A DNA stretch of 64,000 nt from an uncultured Eubacteriales bacterium (GCA_964514305.1 CAZEQD010000003.1:16449-80448), one strand, 5' to 3'; numbered from the stretch's first letter, positions 50,396-60,086 are shown. Made by a program: numbers and translations. Notes: a model not told the origin generated them from the sequence alone.

Positions 50396-51229
50396 TTAAG
50401 AAAAATTTTTCTTCTCCCAAAAAGATAAGGATTGAATTTCATCGTCAAAATAGGTCTTCCTTCGGGCAAAAAGCTCTTCCCAATTGACCAGATGTCCATC
50501 AAATTCGGGCCCATCAACACAGGCAAATTTTGTCTTGCCTCCAACTGTTACCCGGCAAGCTCCGCACATCCCAGTGCCGTCAACCATAATAGGATTGAGA
50601 CTGACCATGGTTTTTACGCCCAGGGGCCGGGTGGCCTCAGCACAGGTATACATCAGATAAGTACAACCGATAGAGATCACCCGATCTATCCTGGCCTTCC
50701 TCTTCAGGATATCCTTGAGGACGGCAGGAACATAATCTTTACAATTATAATAATTGTCCCTTGAAGAAACATAAAATTCATCGCTAATTTCTTTAAACCT
50801 TTCCTCCCAATAGAGAAGATAACTGGCTTTTATATCCAAAAGAGTAATAATTTTATTTTTTGCTTTCTTGAGAGCACGAGCAATAGGATATATAGCTCCA
50901 ATCCCGTAACACCCACCAGCACAAATCACAGTGCCGAATTTAGCTATTTCAGACGGTTTGCCCAAAGGACCGACAAAAACCGGAACTTCATCTCCTTCTT
51001 TGAGCAAAGAAAGTTTGTGAGTAGAAGTTCCTACAACCAGAAAAACAGCTGTAATAGAGCCTCTCTCGCTATCCCAATCGGCAATGGTTAAAGGGATTCT
51101 CTCGCCTAATTCATCAGGCATAATAATGACAAATTGGCCCGGCTTACATTTTTTAGCAATTTCAGGCGCCTCGACCTCAATTAAGTGAATATTGGGGACC
51201 AAACGCTCTCTTTTTAAGACTTTAGCCAT
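50396..51229 (-). CDS. nfnA: NfnA / SudB-like FAD-[2Fe-2S] subunit with altered NAD-binding motifs
   Basis: PGQFVI, ERIPLTIAD, GPLGKP, DGTGMCGACRV, CVDGPEF. Start placed at ATG 51229 (TAATG coupling with the upstream gene). Confidence 0.82.
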   Translation of the reverse strand: MAKVLKRERLVPNIHLIEVEAPEIAKKCKPGQFVIIMPDELGERIPLTIADWDSERGSITAVFLVVGTSTHKLSLLKEGDEVPVFVGPLGKPSEIAKFGTVICAGGCYGIGAIYPIARALKKAKNKIITLLDIKASYLLYWEERFKEISDEFYVSSRDNYYNCKDYVPAVLKDILKRKARIDRVISIGCTYLMYTCAEATRPLGVKTMVSLNPIMVDGTGMCGACRVTVGGKTKFACVDGPEFDGHLVNWEELFARRKTYFDDEIQSLSFWEKKNFS

Positions 51230-53787
51230 TATTTTCCTCTTATAATTTTGACAGCTATGGGGCCTAAACAAAGCTGATCTTTTCCCGAAGAAAACAAAGC
51301 TAGAGAGGAATACTCTGAATCTTGTTCAGGTAAAAAACTTGCCCTTAAAATCCCTTGAGGCAGGGCCTCGGAAATTTTAGTAATTCCCTTAAACTGGCCG
51401 CTGGAGGATTTGACAATTATAATCTCCCCCTCTCTTAAATTCAATTGCTGGGCATCTTGAGGAGAGATCTCAACCCATCTTGAGTCTCTAATCCTGCTTA
51501 AACCTTTCACTTCCTGACTGAGAATAAGATTGCGGTAATGATCTGAATTATATCTGAGAAGAAGAAGATAAGGGTACTTTTTTCCTAATTTTGCTTTTGA
51601 GGGAAGAGTATCTGTCAGCATAAATTTATTCTGGTCTTTGCTTGCCTGGGAAGAAATAAAAACATCCTTTCTTTTGGCTAGCTGAGAGTAAGAAGCTTTA
51701 GCCAAAGCTGGAATTGACTGCTGTATTTCTTTCATGATCGAAGAAGCTCTTTTATAGCCAAAATCTTTACTTCCCATTTTTTGAGCAATTTTAGATATTA
51801 TCCACCAATCTGGTTGAGCCTCTCCTAAAGTATTAATAACTTTGTTCAATTTCTGAATTCTGCCTTCTGTGTTGACCAAGGTCCCCTCTATTTCTAAAAA
51901 AGTGGCCGCAGGGAGGAGGGCATCAGCCTGGCTGGCTTTTTCACTTAAAAACGAATCCTGAATTACTAGAAACTCAGGCCTCCTCTTAAAGTGAGGGATA
52001 CCCCCTACTGCGTATATGGCTTTTATTTTAGAATCAGACAATTGAGTAAAAATCGTTTGCTCGTCAGCAAAAGAAGAAGAAAAATGATTCTCAATTTCCA
52101 TCATTCCCCGTTGATCACAATCCAAACTCAAAGGAATAAGTCTGCCACCAGTTAACAGAGTTAAGTTCCAGAGAGCTTCAAGGCTCTGAGACCCGCCAGC
52201 ACCCAGGGACAAGCCTGGGCCAAAAATAAAGAGCGGAGAATCTTCATGAAGAAGGTGAGCCGTTTCTTTCAGAGTCTCTTCCCTTAGGCCTACAATCTCC
52301 TTGACCCGAGCAACCTCAAATTTGTCCAGGAAATTTCGGAAAGAATCAAAGTTTTTAATCTCGGATAGTGATTTGAGATGGACCTCTTCTAAGAAATATT
52401 TGGAAATAAAGCTAAGGAGATAGAATTCCGAACCGGGCTTCAGCTTAAGGAAAATTGAAGAGAAACGACTCCAAAAAAACTCTACAGGCGAAGCTATAAC
52501 AAGTTTGGCTCCTTTCTTAACAGCTTTGAGAATTGCCAGCCAGATTATAGGATAAGAAGTGACTATATCTTCATTAATTATAAATATTAATTTAGCTTTA
52601 GAAATTGCTTCTAAGCTGAAATTATAATCTCCAGCCGGCCCATTCTTCTCGATTATCTTTTTATAAAGTTCTAAAGGAGATTGAATCCTTACCCTCATCA
52701 TATTTCTAGTTTTTAAAACATTATGAGCGAATTTATATAAAAGATAGCCATCTTCAAGAGTTATTTCTGAGGAAGGAATAACTCCAATTTCATCACCTTT
52801 GTAAGCTCTTAACTTTTTAGCTACAAAATCCAAAGCTTCATCCCAGCTGACTTCTTCCAATTTTTTCTTCTTCCTAATCAAAGGCTTTAAAATCCTTTTA
52901 GGGCTATAGGCTAACTCCCTAAGAGTAAAGCGGCCTTTGACGCAGGCCTGCCCATGATTAACCTTTCCTTCGGCCAAAGGTTTTGAGTTCAATATCCTGC
53001 CTTTTATCAAATCTACTTTCATTTCACAGCCCAACGGACAAAGGGAACAGATAGTTGTAACTGACTCATCAGGCAGAAGTTCATATTTAATAGCTCTTTC
53101 TGTTAAGGCTCCAGTAGGGCAGATATCAACACAGGCCCCACAAAATTGGCAACCCGATTCTAAAAGTGGTCGGTCGAGAACCGTTCCAACCACTGCCCTT
53201 GAGCCTCTAAAAACAAAGGAAAGAGCCGAAGCCCCCCTCAGTTCTTGACAGACTCTGACACATCTTCCGCACAAGATACAAAGATTATAATTGCGGTCAA
53301 AAAAAGGATCCTCTCTCTTGACTTCATAGTTACGGTAAAGGGCTGGAAAATTTACTCGATTGATTTTCAAAGCTTGAACTACATCCTGAAGGTCACAGCG
53401 GCCGTTATTAGGGCAAAAAACACAACCTGTAACCTCACTCACTTTTCGGATAGTGGACTTATATTCGTCGCAATTCTCTTTTTCGCTGCAGATTAGGCAA
53501 GCATGGGGATGCTCGGAAAGAATAAGTTCTAAAATTTGTCTTCTAATCTTCTGCAGTTGAGGAGTATCTGTTTTTATTTCCATGCCCTCTTCAACATAGG
53601 TTCCGCAGGAAGGAGGGAATCCTCTTCTTCCCTTAATCTCCACAATGCACAGGCGGCAGCCGCTGAAAGGCTCCAAGTAAGGGTGATCACAGAGGGAAGG
53701 GATAAAAATATTGTTCTCTCTGGCTACCTCGAGGATAGTCTTTTTACCTTCTACTTCTAAGAGCTGGCCATTAATGATAATCTTCAT
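51229..53787 (-). CDS. HydA/NuoG-like multi-Fe-S subunit with molybdopterin-oxidoreductase fold, no catalytic Cys/Sec and no H-cluster
   Basis: [2Fe-2S] C..P.L....GCRLC..SC; HPHAC..C; 2x[4Fe-4S] CILCGRCVRVC and CQFCGACVDIC; CSLCPLGC...CVKG. The FdhF ligand segment reads NMMRVRIQS instead of N.D.CAR(C/U)H. Confidence 0.8.
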   Translation of the reverse strand: MKIIINGQLLEVEGKKTILEVARENNIFIPSLCDHPYLEPFSGCRLCIVEIKGRRGFPPSCGTYVEEGMEIKTDTPQLQKIRRQILELILSEHPHACLICSEKENCDEYKSTIRKVSEVTGCVFCPNNGRCDLQDVVQALKINRVNFPALYRNYEVKREDPFFDRNYNLCILCGRCVRVCQELRGASALSFVFRGSRAVVGTVLDRPLLESGCQFCGACVDICPTGALTERAIKYELLPDESVTTICSLCPLGCEMKVDLIKGRILNSKPLAEGKVNHGQACVKGRFTLRELAYSPKRILKPLIRKKKKLEEVSWDEALDFVAKKLRAYKGDEIGVIPSSEITLEDGYLLYKFAHNVLKTRNMMRVRIQSPLELYKKIIEKNGPAGDYNFSLEAISKAKLIFIINEDIVTSYPIIWLAILKAVKKGAKLVIASPVEFFWSRFSSIFLKLKPGSEFYLLSFISKYFLEEVHLKSLSEIKNFDSFRNFLDKFEVARVKEIVGLREETLKETAHLLHEDSPLFIFGPGLSLGAGGSQSLEALWNLTLLTGGRLIPLSLDCDQRGMMEIENHFSSSFADEQTIFTQLSDSKIKAIYAVGGIPHFKRRPEFLVIQDSFLSEKASQADALLPAATFLEIEGTLVNTEGRIQKLNKVINTLGEAQPDWWIISKIAQKMGSKDFGYKRASSIMKEIQQSIPALAKASYSQLAKRKDVFISSQASKDQNKFMLTDTLPSKAKLGKKYPYLLLLRYNSDHYRNLILSQEVKGLSRIRDSRWVEISPQDAQQLNLREGEIIIVKSSSGQFKGITKISEALPQGILRASFLPEQDSEYSSLALFSSGKDQLCLGPIAVKIIRGK

Positions 53788-53788
53788 T

Positions 53789-55714
53789 TTACCGCTTTTT
53801 TCTCAAAGATTTTTTAAGTAGCCTATCTCTTTTCTGGCCTGTATATTTAGAAACAGCTTTTACTTTAGGGGGACAAACATCAAGACAGGCCCCGCATTTT
53901 ATACATAAATTCTGATCGATAACATGAACTTTTTTCCTTTCTCCAGAAATGGCTCCAGCTGGACAGCTCTTCAAACAAAGAAGGCAGCCGACACATTTTT
54001 CTGGTTCAATATAATAAACAATCAAATCTTTGCAGACTAAAGCTGGGCAGGCTTTATTTTTAATATGAGCTTCATATTCCTGGCGGAAATAACGAAGCGT
54101 GGTTAAAACGGGATTTGGGGCGGTTTGGCCTAAGCCACAAAGGGAAGCAGCCTTCACTGTTTTAGCCAGATTTTCGAGTATCTCCAGGTCCCCCTCTTCC
54201 CCTTTACCCTGAGTAATTCTGGTTAAAATCTCTACCATCTGTCTGGTTCCCACCCGACAGGGAACACACTTACCGCAGGATTCTTCTTGAGTAAAATTTA
54301 GAAAATAACGAGCTACATCAACCATACAGGTTTCTTCATCCATGACAATCATTCCCCCAGAACCCATGATTGAGCCAGCCTTAGTTAAAGTATCATAATC
54401 TACAGTCAAATTAAGCATTGAGGCAGGAATACATCCTCCAGAAGGACCTCCTGTCTGGACAGCTTTAAATTTCTTATCATCCTTTATCCCGCCTCCTATA
54501 TCATAAATAATTTCTTTAAGAGTAATGCCCATCGGAACTTCAACTAAACCTGTATTTCTTATTTTACCCACTAAAGAAAAAATCTTGGTTCCCTTGCTCA
54601 TTTGGCTCCCAATCTGAGAATACCATTCAGCACCCTTATTAATGATAAGAGGCACGTTAGCCCAGGTCTCAACATTGTTGATATTGGTGGGCTTACCCCA
54701 TAAACCTGATTGAGCTGGAAAAGGAGGTCTCTGCCGGGGAAAAGCCCGACGTCCTTCAATTGAAGCTATCAAAGAAGTTTCTTCTCCGGAGACAAAAGCC
54801 CCGGCTCCCTCGACCACATGAATATCAAAGCTAAATTCCGATCCCATTATTGACTTTCCCAAAAGTCCAGCTGCCTTTGCCTGTTCCAGAGCTATTGTTA
54901 CATGTTTAACAGCGAGGGGATATTCCATCCTGACATAAATGTAGCCTTCATTGGCTCCAATGGCATAAGCTCCGATAATCATACCTTCAATTACACTGTG
55001 AGGGTTTCCTTCCAGAAGACTGCGGTCCATATAAGCTCCAGGGTCTCCCTCGTCAGCATTACAAATTATGTATTTCACCTCTGCCTTAGAGGCCCGACAG
55101 ATCTCCCATTTGCGTCCGGTTGGAAAACCAGCGCCACCCCGCCCTCTTAAACCTGAGGCCTTAACTTCTTCAATTACCTCTTCGGAAGTCATATTAAAAA
55201 GAATTTTGGCTAAGGCCTGGTAACCATCAATAACAATATAATCTTCGATATTGGTAGGGTCGACTCTCAAGTTATTTTCTGTCAAGAGTCTTATTTGTTT
55301 TTGATAAAAAGGTATATCTTTCTGCTTGATCACCTTCTTTTTGGTTTTGGTATCTTCGTAGACAAGAGAAGGAATAATCTTATCTTTTAAAATCGTCTCC
55401 TCAATTATTTGAGGGACATCATCAGCTTTAAGGTTCTTATAAAAAATTTCACCTGGATAAATAATTATATTAGGTTCCAGCTGACAAAAACCATGGCAAC
55501 CTGTTATCTTGAGACCGACCCTCCCTCCAAGGCCTCTTTTCTTAATCTCAGCTTTTAAAGCCTCAATCACTGGTAAAGATCCGCTGGCTTGGCCGCAGGT
55601 CCCAGAGGAGACGACAATTGTTTTCTCATAGATAGGACGAGAGGCAATAATCTTCTTCTTCCATTCTAAAAGTTTTTCAGGTTGAGTTATCTTTTCTTTA
55701 AACATGTCTGTCAT
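53789..55714 (-). CDS. nuoF: HydB/NuoF-like NADH-binding FMN subunit, long (bifurcating-type) form
   Basis: SGLRGRGGAGFPTG, CNADEGDPGAYMDR, GEETS, ESCGKCVPCR, LCGLG; N-terminal thioredoxin-like [2Fe-2S] domain and C-terminal 2x[4Fe-4S]. Confidence 0.9.
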   Translation of the reverse strand: MTDMFKEKITQPEKLLEWKKKIIASRPIYEKTIVVSSGTCGQASGSLPVIEALKAEIKKRGLGGRVGLKITGCHGFCQLEPNIIIYPGEIFYKNLKADDVPQIIEETILKDKIIPSLVYEDTKTKKKVIKQKDIPFYQKQIRLLTENNLRVDPTNIEDYIVIDGYQALAKILFNMTSEEVIEEVKASGLRGRGGAGFPTGRKWEICRASKAEVKYIICNADEGDPGAYMDRSLLEGNPHSVIEGMIIGAYAIGANEGYIYVRMEYPLAVKHVTIALEQAKAAGLLGKSIMGSEFSFDIHVVEGAGAFVSGEETSLIASIEGRRAFPRQRPPFPAQSGLWGKPTNINNVETWANVPLIINKGAEWYSQIGSQMSKGTKIFSLVGKIRNTGLVEVPMGITLKEIIYDIGGGIKDDKKFKAVQTGGPSGGCIPASMLNLTVDYDTLTKAGSIMGSGGMIVMDEETCMVDVARYFLNFTQEESCGKCVPCRVGTRQMVEILTRITQGKGEEGDLEILENLAKTVKAASLCGLGQTAPNPVLTTLRYFRQEYEAHIKNKACPALVCKDLIVYYIEPEKCVGCLLCLKSCPAGAISGERKKVHVIDQNLCIKCGACLDVCPPKVKAVSKYTGQKRDRLLKKSLRKKR

Positions 55715-56152
55715 TTATTTGTACTCGCTTAGTATAGAATCCACTTTTTTCAAGGTAGTATAGGAATAATATTTACCATCAACTACTACTACCGGACCAA
55801 TAGCACAGCATCCTAAACAGTTAACTGTTTCCAGGGTAAATTTTCGATCGGGGGTTGTTTGGCCAACCTTGATATTTAGTTTGCGAGCAAAATCATCAGC
55901 AATCTTATCTCCGCCTCTAACATGACAAGCAGTGCCCAGACAGACTGTAATTAAATGTTGGCCTCTTGGTTCTAAAGTAAAAGCCTTGTAAAAAGTCAGA
56001 ACTCCAAATATCTCACTTTCTGAAATCTTTAAATAGTCGGATATCCTGGAGATAGCTTCAGCTGGAATATAACCATATTTATGCTGGACCTGATGAAGAA
56101 TATGAATAAGATTTCTCTGTTGGGGCTTAAACTGTCTTAATATTTGCTCCAT
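55715..56152 (-). CDS. nuoE: HydC/NuoE-like [2Fe-2S] subunit
   Basis: TFYKAF, VCLGTACHVRG, VNCLGCCAIGP. Confidence 0.92.
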   Translation of the reverse strand: MEQILRQFKPQQRNLIHILHQVQHKYGYIPAEAISRISDYLKISESEIFGVLTFYKAFTLEPRGQHLITVCLGTACHVRGGDKIADDFARKLNIKVGQTTPDRKFTLETVNCLGCCAIGPVVVVDGKYYSYTTLKKVDSILSEYK

Positions 56153-56168
56153 TTGTTATTCTGAGAAA

Positions 56169-57281
56169 TCAAACTAAAGAAAATTCTTGATATTTTAATC
56201 CAAACCTTTCAGCAAAAGTTTTTCTGACAATATTCCCATGATAAACATACAATCCTCTGACCAAGGTTCTATCACCTTTTAAGGTCTCATCCAACCCCTT
56301 TTCTCCTATCTTCAGCAAATAAGGAGTCACCATATTAGACAAAACTTTGGTTGAAGTCCGGCTTACAGCCGAGGTAATATTGGGAACACAATAATGAATA
56401 ACGCCTTCTTCAACAAAAGTGGGCTGTTCAAGAGTAGTTAAACGACTAGTCTCAATACACCCCCCCTGATCTATGGCCAGATCAATAATTATTGATCCTT
56501 TTTTCATGCTCTTGACCATGTCCTTGGTGATCATGATTGGCGCTCTCTCTCCAGGCCTGAGAACAGCTCCAACTAGAATGTCTGCAATTTTGACCATACG
56601 CGCTAAGTTGTAATTGCTGGCAATAAGAGTTATCAGACGGCCAGAAGTCATCTCCTCCAGCTCTCTCAGCCTTTCCATATCCCGACCTAAAGCAATGGTA
56701 TGAGCTCCAGCCCCAAGCAAGGCCTTAATAGCACTGCGGGCTAAGACCCCACTACCGACAATGATTGCTGTCGCTGGAGGCACAGTTACAACTCCTCCCA
56801 TTATCACCCCTTTTCCACCTTGACTTGTCTGAAGATAATGGCCGGAAATAAAAAGGCACATCTGTCCAGCAATCTCGCTTAAACTCTCAATAAAAGGCAG
56901 GACACCATTATCCCTCTGAATTATTTCATAGCCAATAATGGTTACTTCTTTCCTAAGAAGTTCTTCGATTAAGCTTTTTCGAGCAACAGCCAAATGCTGA
57001 AAGCCAAATAAAATCTGGCCTTTTTTTATCAGGCCACATTCTTCCTTACTAAGAGGAGAAATATTAAGGACAACATCTGAACGACCAAAAACTTCTTCTT
57101 TAGTAAAAACGATTTTAGCTCCAAGAGAAGCATATTCTTCATTAGAATAGCCTGATTTCAGACCTGCTCCAGCTTGAATATAGACAGTATGTCCTTTTTC
57201 AACCAAAAGAGAGACACTGCTTGGAGTTAAACTAACCCGGTTTTCTATTTTTCCACTTTCATTGATAACACCCACACTCAT
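56169..57281 (-). CDS. ald: Divergent alanine dehydrogenase/PntA-fold protein
   Basis: ENRVSLTP, GAG..SG, HLA, DLAIDQGGC.ET and GVIHYCVPN are present, but KVKEP reads NISPL, GGGVVG reads GSGVLA and IDLN reads LGRD. The symbol denotes homology; the function is doubtful. Confidence 0.65.
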   Translation of the reverse strand: MSVGVINESGKIENRVSLTPSSVSLLVEKGHTVYIQAGAGLKSGYSNEEYASLGAKIVFTKEEVFGRSDVVLNISPLSKEECGLIKKGQILFGFQHLAVARKSLIEELLRKEVTIIGYEIIQRDNGVLPFIESLSEIAGQMCLFISGHYLQTSQGGKGVIMGGVVTVPPATAIIVGSGVLARSAIKALLGAGAHTIALGRDMERLRELEEMTSGRLITLIASNYNLARMVKIADILVGAVLRPGERAPIMITKDMVKSMKKGSIIIDLAIDQGGCIETSRLTTLEQPTFVEEGVIHYCVPNITSAVSRTSTKVLSNMVTPYLLKIGEKGLDETLKGDRTLVRGLYVYHGNIVRKTFAERFGLKYQEFSLV

Positions 57282-57361
57282 ATCTTCCTCCTTTCCTTAA
57301 AGATGGATTATATTAACAAAAAATTTTTTCAATGACAACAAAAAGCAACCTTAATCAAACT

Positions 57362-58345
57362 TCATCCAAAAAACGTGAGAGTTAACCCTAAATAAAGCCC
57401 ATATAATATAAATAGAATAATTCCCTTAGCCTTTCCCAAGCGGCATCCCAGACGCATACTGACTAACATAACAGTCACAATCAAAATCATATAAGGAAAA
57501 GTAAAATTAATCACTTTAAGGTCAACGGTAATAGGATTAACAACCGAAGAAACTCCTATAATCCAGAGAATATTAAGAATGTCGGCTCCAATTATATTGC
57601 CCACAGCTATTTCCCCCTCTTTTTTCAGAGCAGCTGTAATGGCCGTGCTTATTTCAGGCAGGGAAGTGCCAATGGCAATAATAGTTAAGCCTATAACCGT
57701 CTCTGAAATTGAAAAATAGCGGGCGATGTGAAGAGAAGCCCAAATTACCAATCGGCTGGTAATAATAACCCCTACTATCCCTCCAGTAAATAAAAAAAGA
57801 GGCTTTTTCAAAGCCGGCCATTTAGGAGAAGGTGGTGAAGGTTCTACCCTCATAATCTTTAGCTGACCAAGAGTTGGCCTCTCCAAATGTAGATTCTTGC
57901 CTCTAACAATAAAAACGTAGTAAAGGCATAAGATTACGATAAAAAGAATTCCCTCTAAGCGACCAATAGTTCCATTCCTTGCCAAAAGGTAAGCTCCAAC
58001 ATCAATCGAAAGAAGGAAAATTCCGGCAATCTCCAATAAGCGGCAGTTAACAAAAATTATTACCGGTGAAAGAATGGCAGCCAGAGCTAAAGCCACTCCA
58101 TCATCACAGACAACAGAGCCGATAGCATTACCCAGGGCAATCTCTGGATGCCCCAGAAAAGCAGCCTGGACAGAGACTCCAAATTCAGGAGCAGTGGTGG
58201 CTAATCCTACCAGGGCAATACCGACTATCATCCGCGAGACATTCAATATTTTGGCAATACATACTGCCCCCGTGACAAAGAAATCAGCACATTTAAAGAG
58301 TAAAGCAAAAGAAACTACTAATAAGAAAATTTGTAAATAAATCAT
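57362..58345 (-). CDS. Calcium/sodium antiporter (YrbG/CaCA family)
   Basis: Two alpha repeats: GLATTAPEF...GNAIGS and AIGTSLPE...GNIIGA.I.N. Confidence 0.9.
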   Translation of the reverse strand: MIYLQIFLLVVSFALLFKCADFFVTGAVCIAKILNVSRMIVGIALVGLATTAPEFGVSVQAAFLGHPEIALGNAIGSVVCDDGVALALAAILSPVIIFVNCRLLEIAGIFLLSIDVGAYLLARNGTIGRLEGILFIVILCLYYVFIVRGKNLHLERPTLGQLKIMRVEPSPPSPKWPALKKPLFLFTGGIVGVIITSRLVIWASLHIARYFSISETVIGLTIIAIGTSLPEISTAITAALKKEGEIAVGNIIGADILNILWIIGVSSVVNPITVDLKVINFTFPYMILIVTVMLVSMRLGCRLGKAKGIILFILYGLYLGLTLTFFG

Positions 58346-59962
58346 CTAAACCCGATGCCTGGAAAAGACTATTTTCCCATTGACGATGGTCATTCTAACA
58401 GCTACCTGGCTAAGGGCTTCAACTGGAAGATGGAAAAGATTCTGCTCTAAAACTACTAAATCAGCCAATTTCCCTTTTTCTATAGAGCCTCTTTCTTCCT
58501 CCATAAACTCAGCATAGGCTCCATTAATAGTATAGGCTTTAATCGCCTCTTCGACAGAAATTTTTTGTTCGGGAAACCACCCCGCTGGATTTTTGCCGTT
58601 CAGAGTTTGCCGACTTACAGCTGCATAAATTCCTGTCAAAGGATTCAAAGGAGCTACAGGCCAATCCGAACCGCCGAGGAGTCGGATACCTTGATCTAAT
58701 AGAGATTTATAGGCATAGCTTGTTTGACATCTTTTTCTTCCTATTTTCTTTTCTGCCCAGCAGCCATCTTCGACAAGATGATAAGGTTGAACAGAAGCAA
58801 TCACTCCCAGCTTGGCCATTCTAGTCATATCTTCAGGAATGAGATGCTGTGCATGTTCACAGCGCCACCTTCTGTCTCTAATTGGATTGGAGATTTGAAT
58901 ATTTTCGAAAATGTCAAGAAGAACATGATTAGCTCTATCGCCAATAGCATGAATAGCTACCTGTAAGCCAGCTTTGTCGGCTTCTAAAATACGCCTAGCC
59001 ATAATCCCCTCAGGAAGCATCTGGGAATGAAACAATCCCTTATGAGCAGGATTATCGACATAAGGCTCAAAGAACAAGGCTGTCTCTGAACCTAAGGAAC
59101 CATCTATAAAACCTTTAAATCCACCCACTTTTAAAAAATCATTGTCAGACATTAAGGGTAGCTGGAGAGAAGAAAGGTGGGAAACCTCAGTTATAGGAAG
59201 GTAAAGACAAATCCTGGCCGTAAGCTTGTTCTGCTGCCAGAGTGTGCGATAAACCTCAAGGTTTGAGGAAGAACCCATGTCATGGATTGCAGTCAGCCCA
59301 ACTTCATTGGCTTTTTTCAAGGCAGCCTGAGCTGCATTTATTTTCTCTTTAAGACTTGGCTGAGGGATATGAAGTTTCAGCAGATCAAGGGCTGCATCCT
59401 TTAATATCCCCGTTGGTTCCCCAGTTTGAGGAGCCTTAACAATCTCTCCGCCAGGAGGAGAAGGAGTATCTTTATTGATGCCAGCTATTTTTAAGGCCAA
59501 ACTGTTAGCTAAAGCTAGATGGCCATCAATGCGGTTGAGGCAAACAGGATTAGAAGAGGTAATATCATCAATCCATTCCTTGTTAGGCAAGCAAGGAGGC
59601 TTAAATTGATGATGGTCCCAATTACCGTGCAGAATCCATTTTCCTTCACCAATTTCTTTTGCCTTTTCCTTTACTTTAGCTACGAATTCTTTTCTACTTT
59701 TAACTCCTCTGAGATCTAAGCCAGAGAGAAAAAAGCCTCCATCTATGAAATGGGTATGAGCATCGGTTAAACCCGGAAGAAGAAATCTTCCTTGGAGATC
59801 GATATATTTAGTGGTAGGCCCGGCCAGCTTCTTTATTTTTCCAGAAGAACCTACCTCTAAAATTCTTCCTTTGGCCACGGCTACAGCTTCTGCCCAAGGC
59901 TTAATAGGATTCACCGTCCAGACTTGGCCATTGAAAAGAATAAGGTCAGCTTTCTCTTTCAT
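58346..59962 (-). CDS. Amidohydrolase 3 family (YtcJ-like) metallo-hydrolase
   Basis: PGLTDAHTH, K.FIDGSLGS.TA, HAIGDRA, RCEHAQ, GGSDWPV, GKLADLVVL. Confidence 0.9.
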   Translation of the reverse strand: MKEKADLILFNGQVWTVNPIKPWAEAVAVAKGRILEVGSSGKIKKLAGPTTKYIDLQGRFLLPGLTDAHTHFIDGGFFLSGLDLRGVKSRKEFVAKVKEKAKEIGEGKWILHGNWDHHQFKPPCLPNKEWIDDITSSNPVCLNRIDGHLALANSLALKIAGINKDTPSPPGGEIVKAPQTGEPTGILKDAALDLLKLHIPQPSLKEKINAAQAALKKANEVGLTAIHDMGSSSNLEVYRTLWQQNKLTARICLYLPITEVSHLSSLQLPLMSDNDFLKVGGFKGFIDGSLGSETALFFEPYVDNPAHKGLFHSQMLPEGIMARRILEADKAGLQVAIHAIGDRANHVLLDIFENIQISNPIRDRRWRCEHAQHLIPEDMTRMAKLGVIASVQPYHLVEDGCWAEKKIGRKRCQTSYAYKSLLDQGIRLLGGSDWPVAPLNPLTGIYAAVSRQTLNGKNPAGWFPEQKISVEEAIKAYTINGAYAEFMEEERGSIEKGKLADLVVLEQNLFHLPVEALSQVAVRMTIVNGKIVFSRHRV

Positions 59963-59984
59963 CAGTTTTACTAGTTCTTTATTT

Positions 59985-60085
59985 TTCCCTATTTCTTATT
60001 TACATTTCATCTTTAACTTTAAACCTAAAACTTTCCGCTCTTCACTTTCCCCTTCTCACTTTTCACTTCTTATTTTCAGCTAATT
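59985..60085. repeat. 7-nt-periodic array (about 14 units)
   Basis: CCCTATT TCTTATT TACATTT CATCTTT AACTTTA ... CACTTTC CCCTTCT CACTTTT CACTTCT filling the intergenic gap. Confidence 0.65.
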
Positions 60086-60086
60086 T

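Noticed and set aside
51229-53787. Selenocysteine formate dehydrogenase
   Set aside because: No in-frame TGA and no Cys/Sec-His ligand motif; the ORF is uninterrupted.
57282-57361. Rex operator upstream of the redox operon
   Set aside because: No convincing match to TTGTGAA-N4-TTCACAA; only AT-rich half-site-like sequence.
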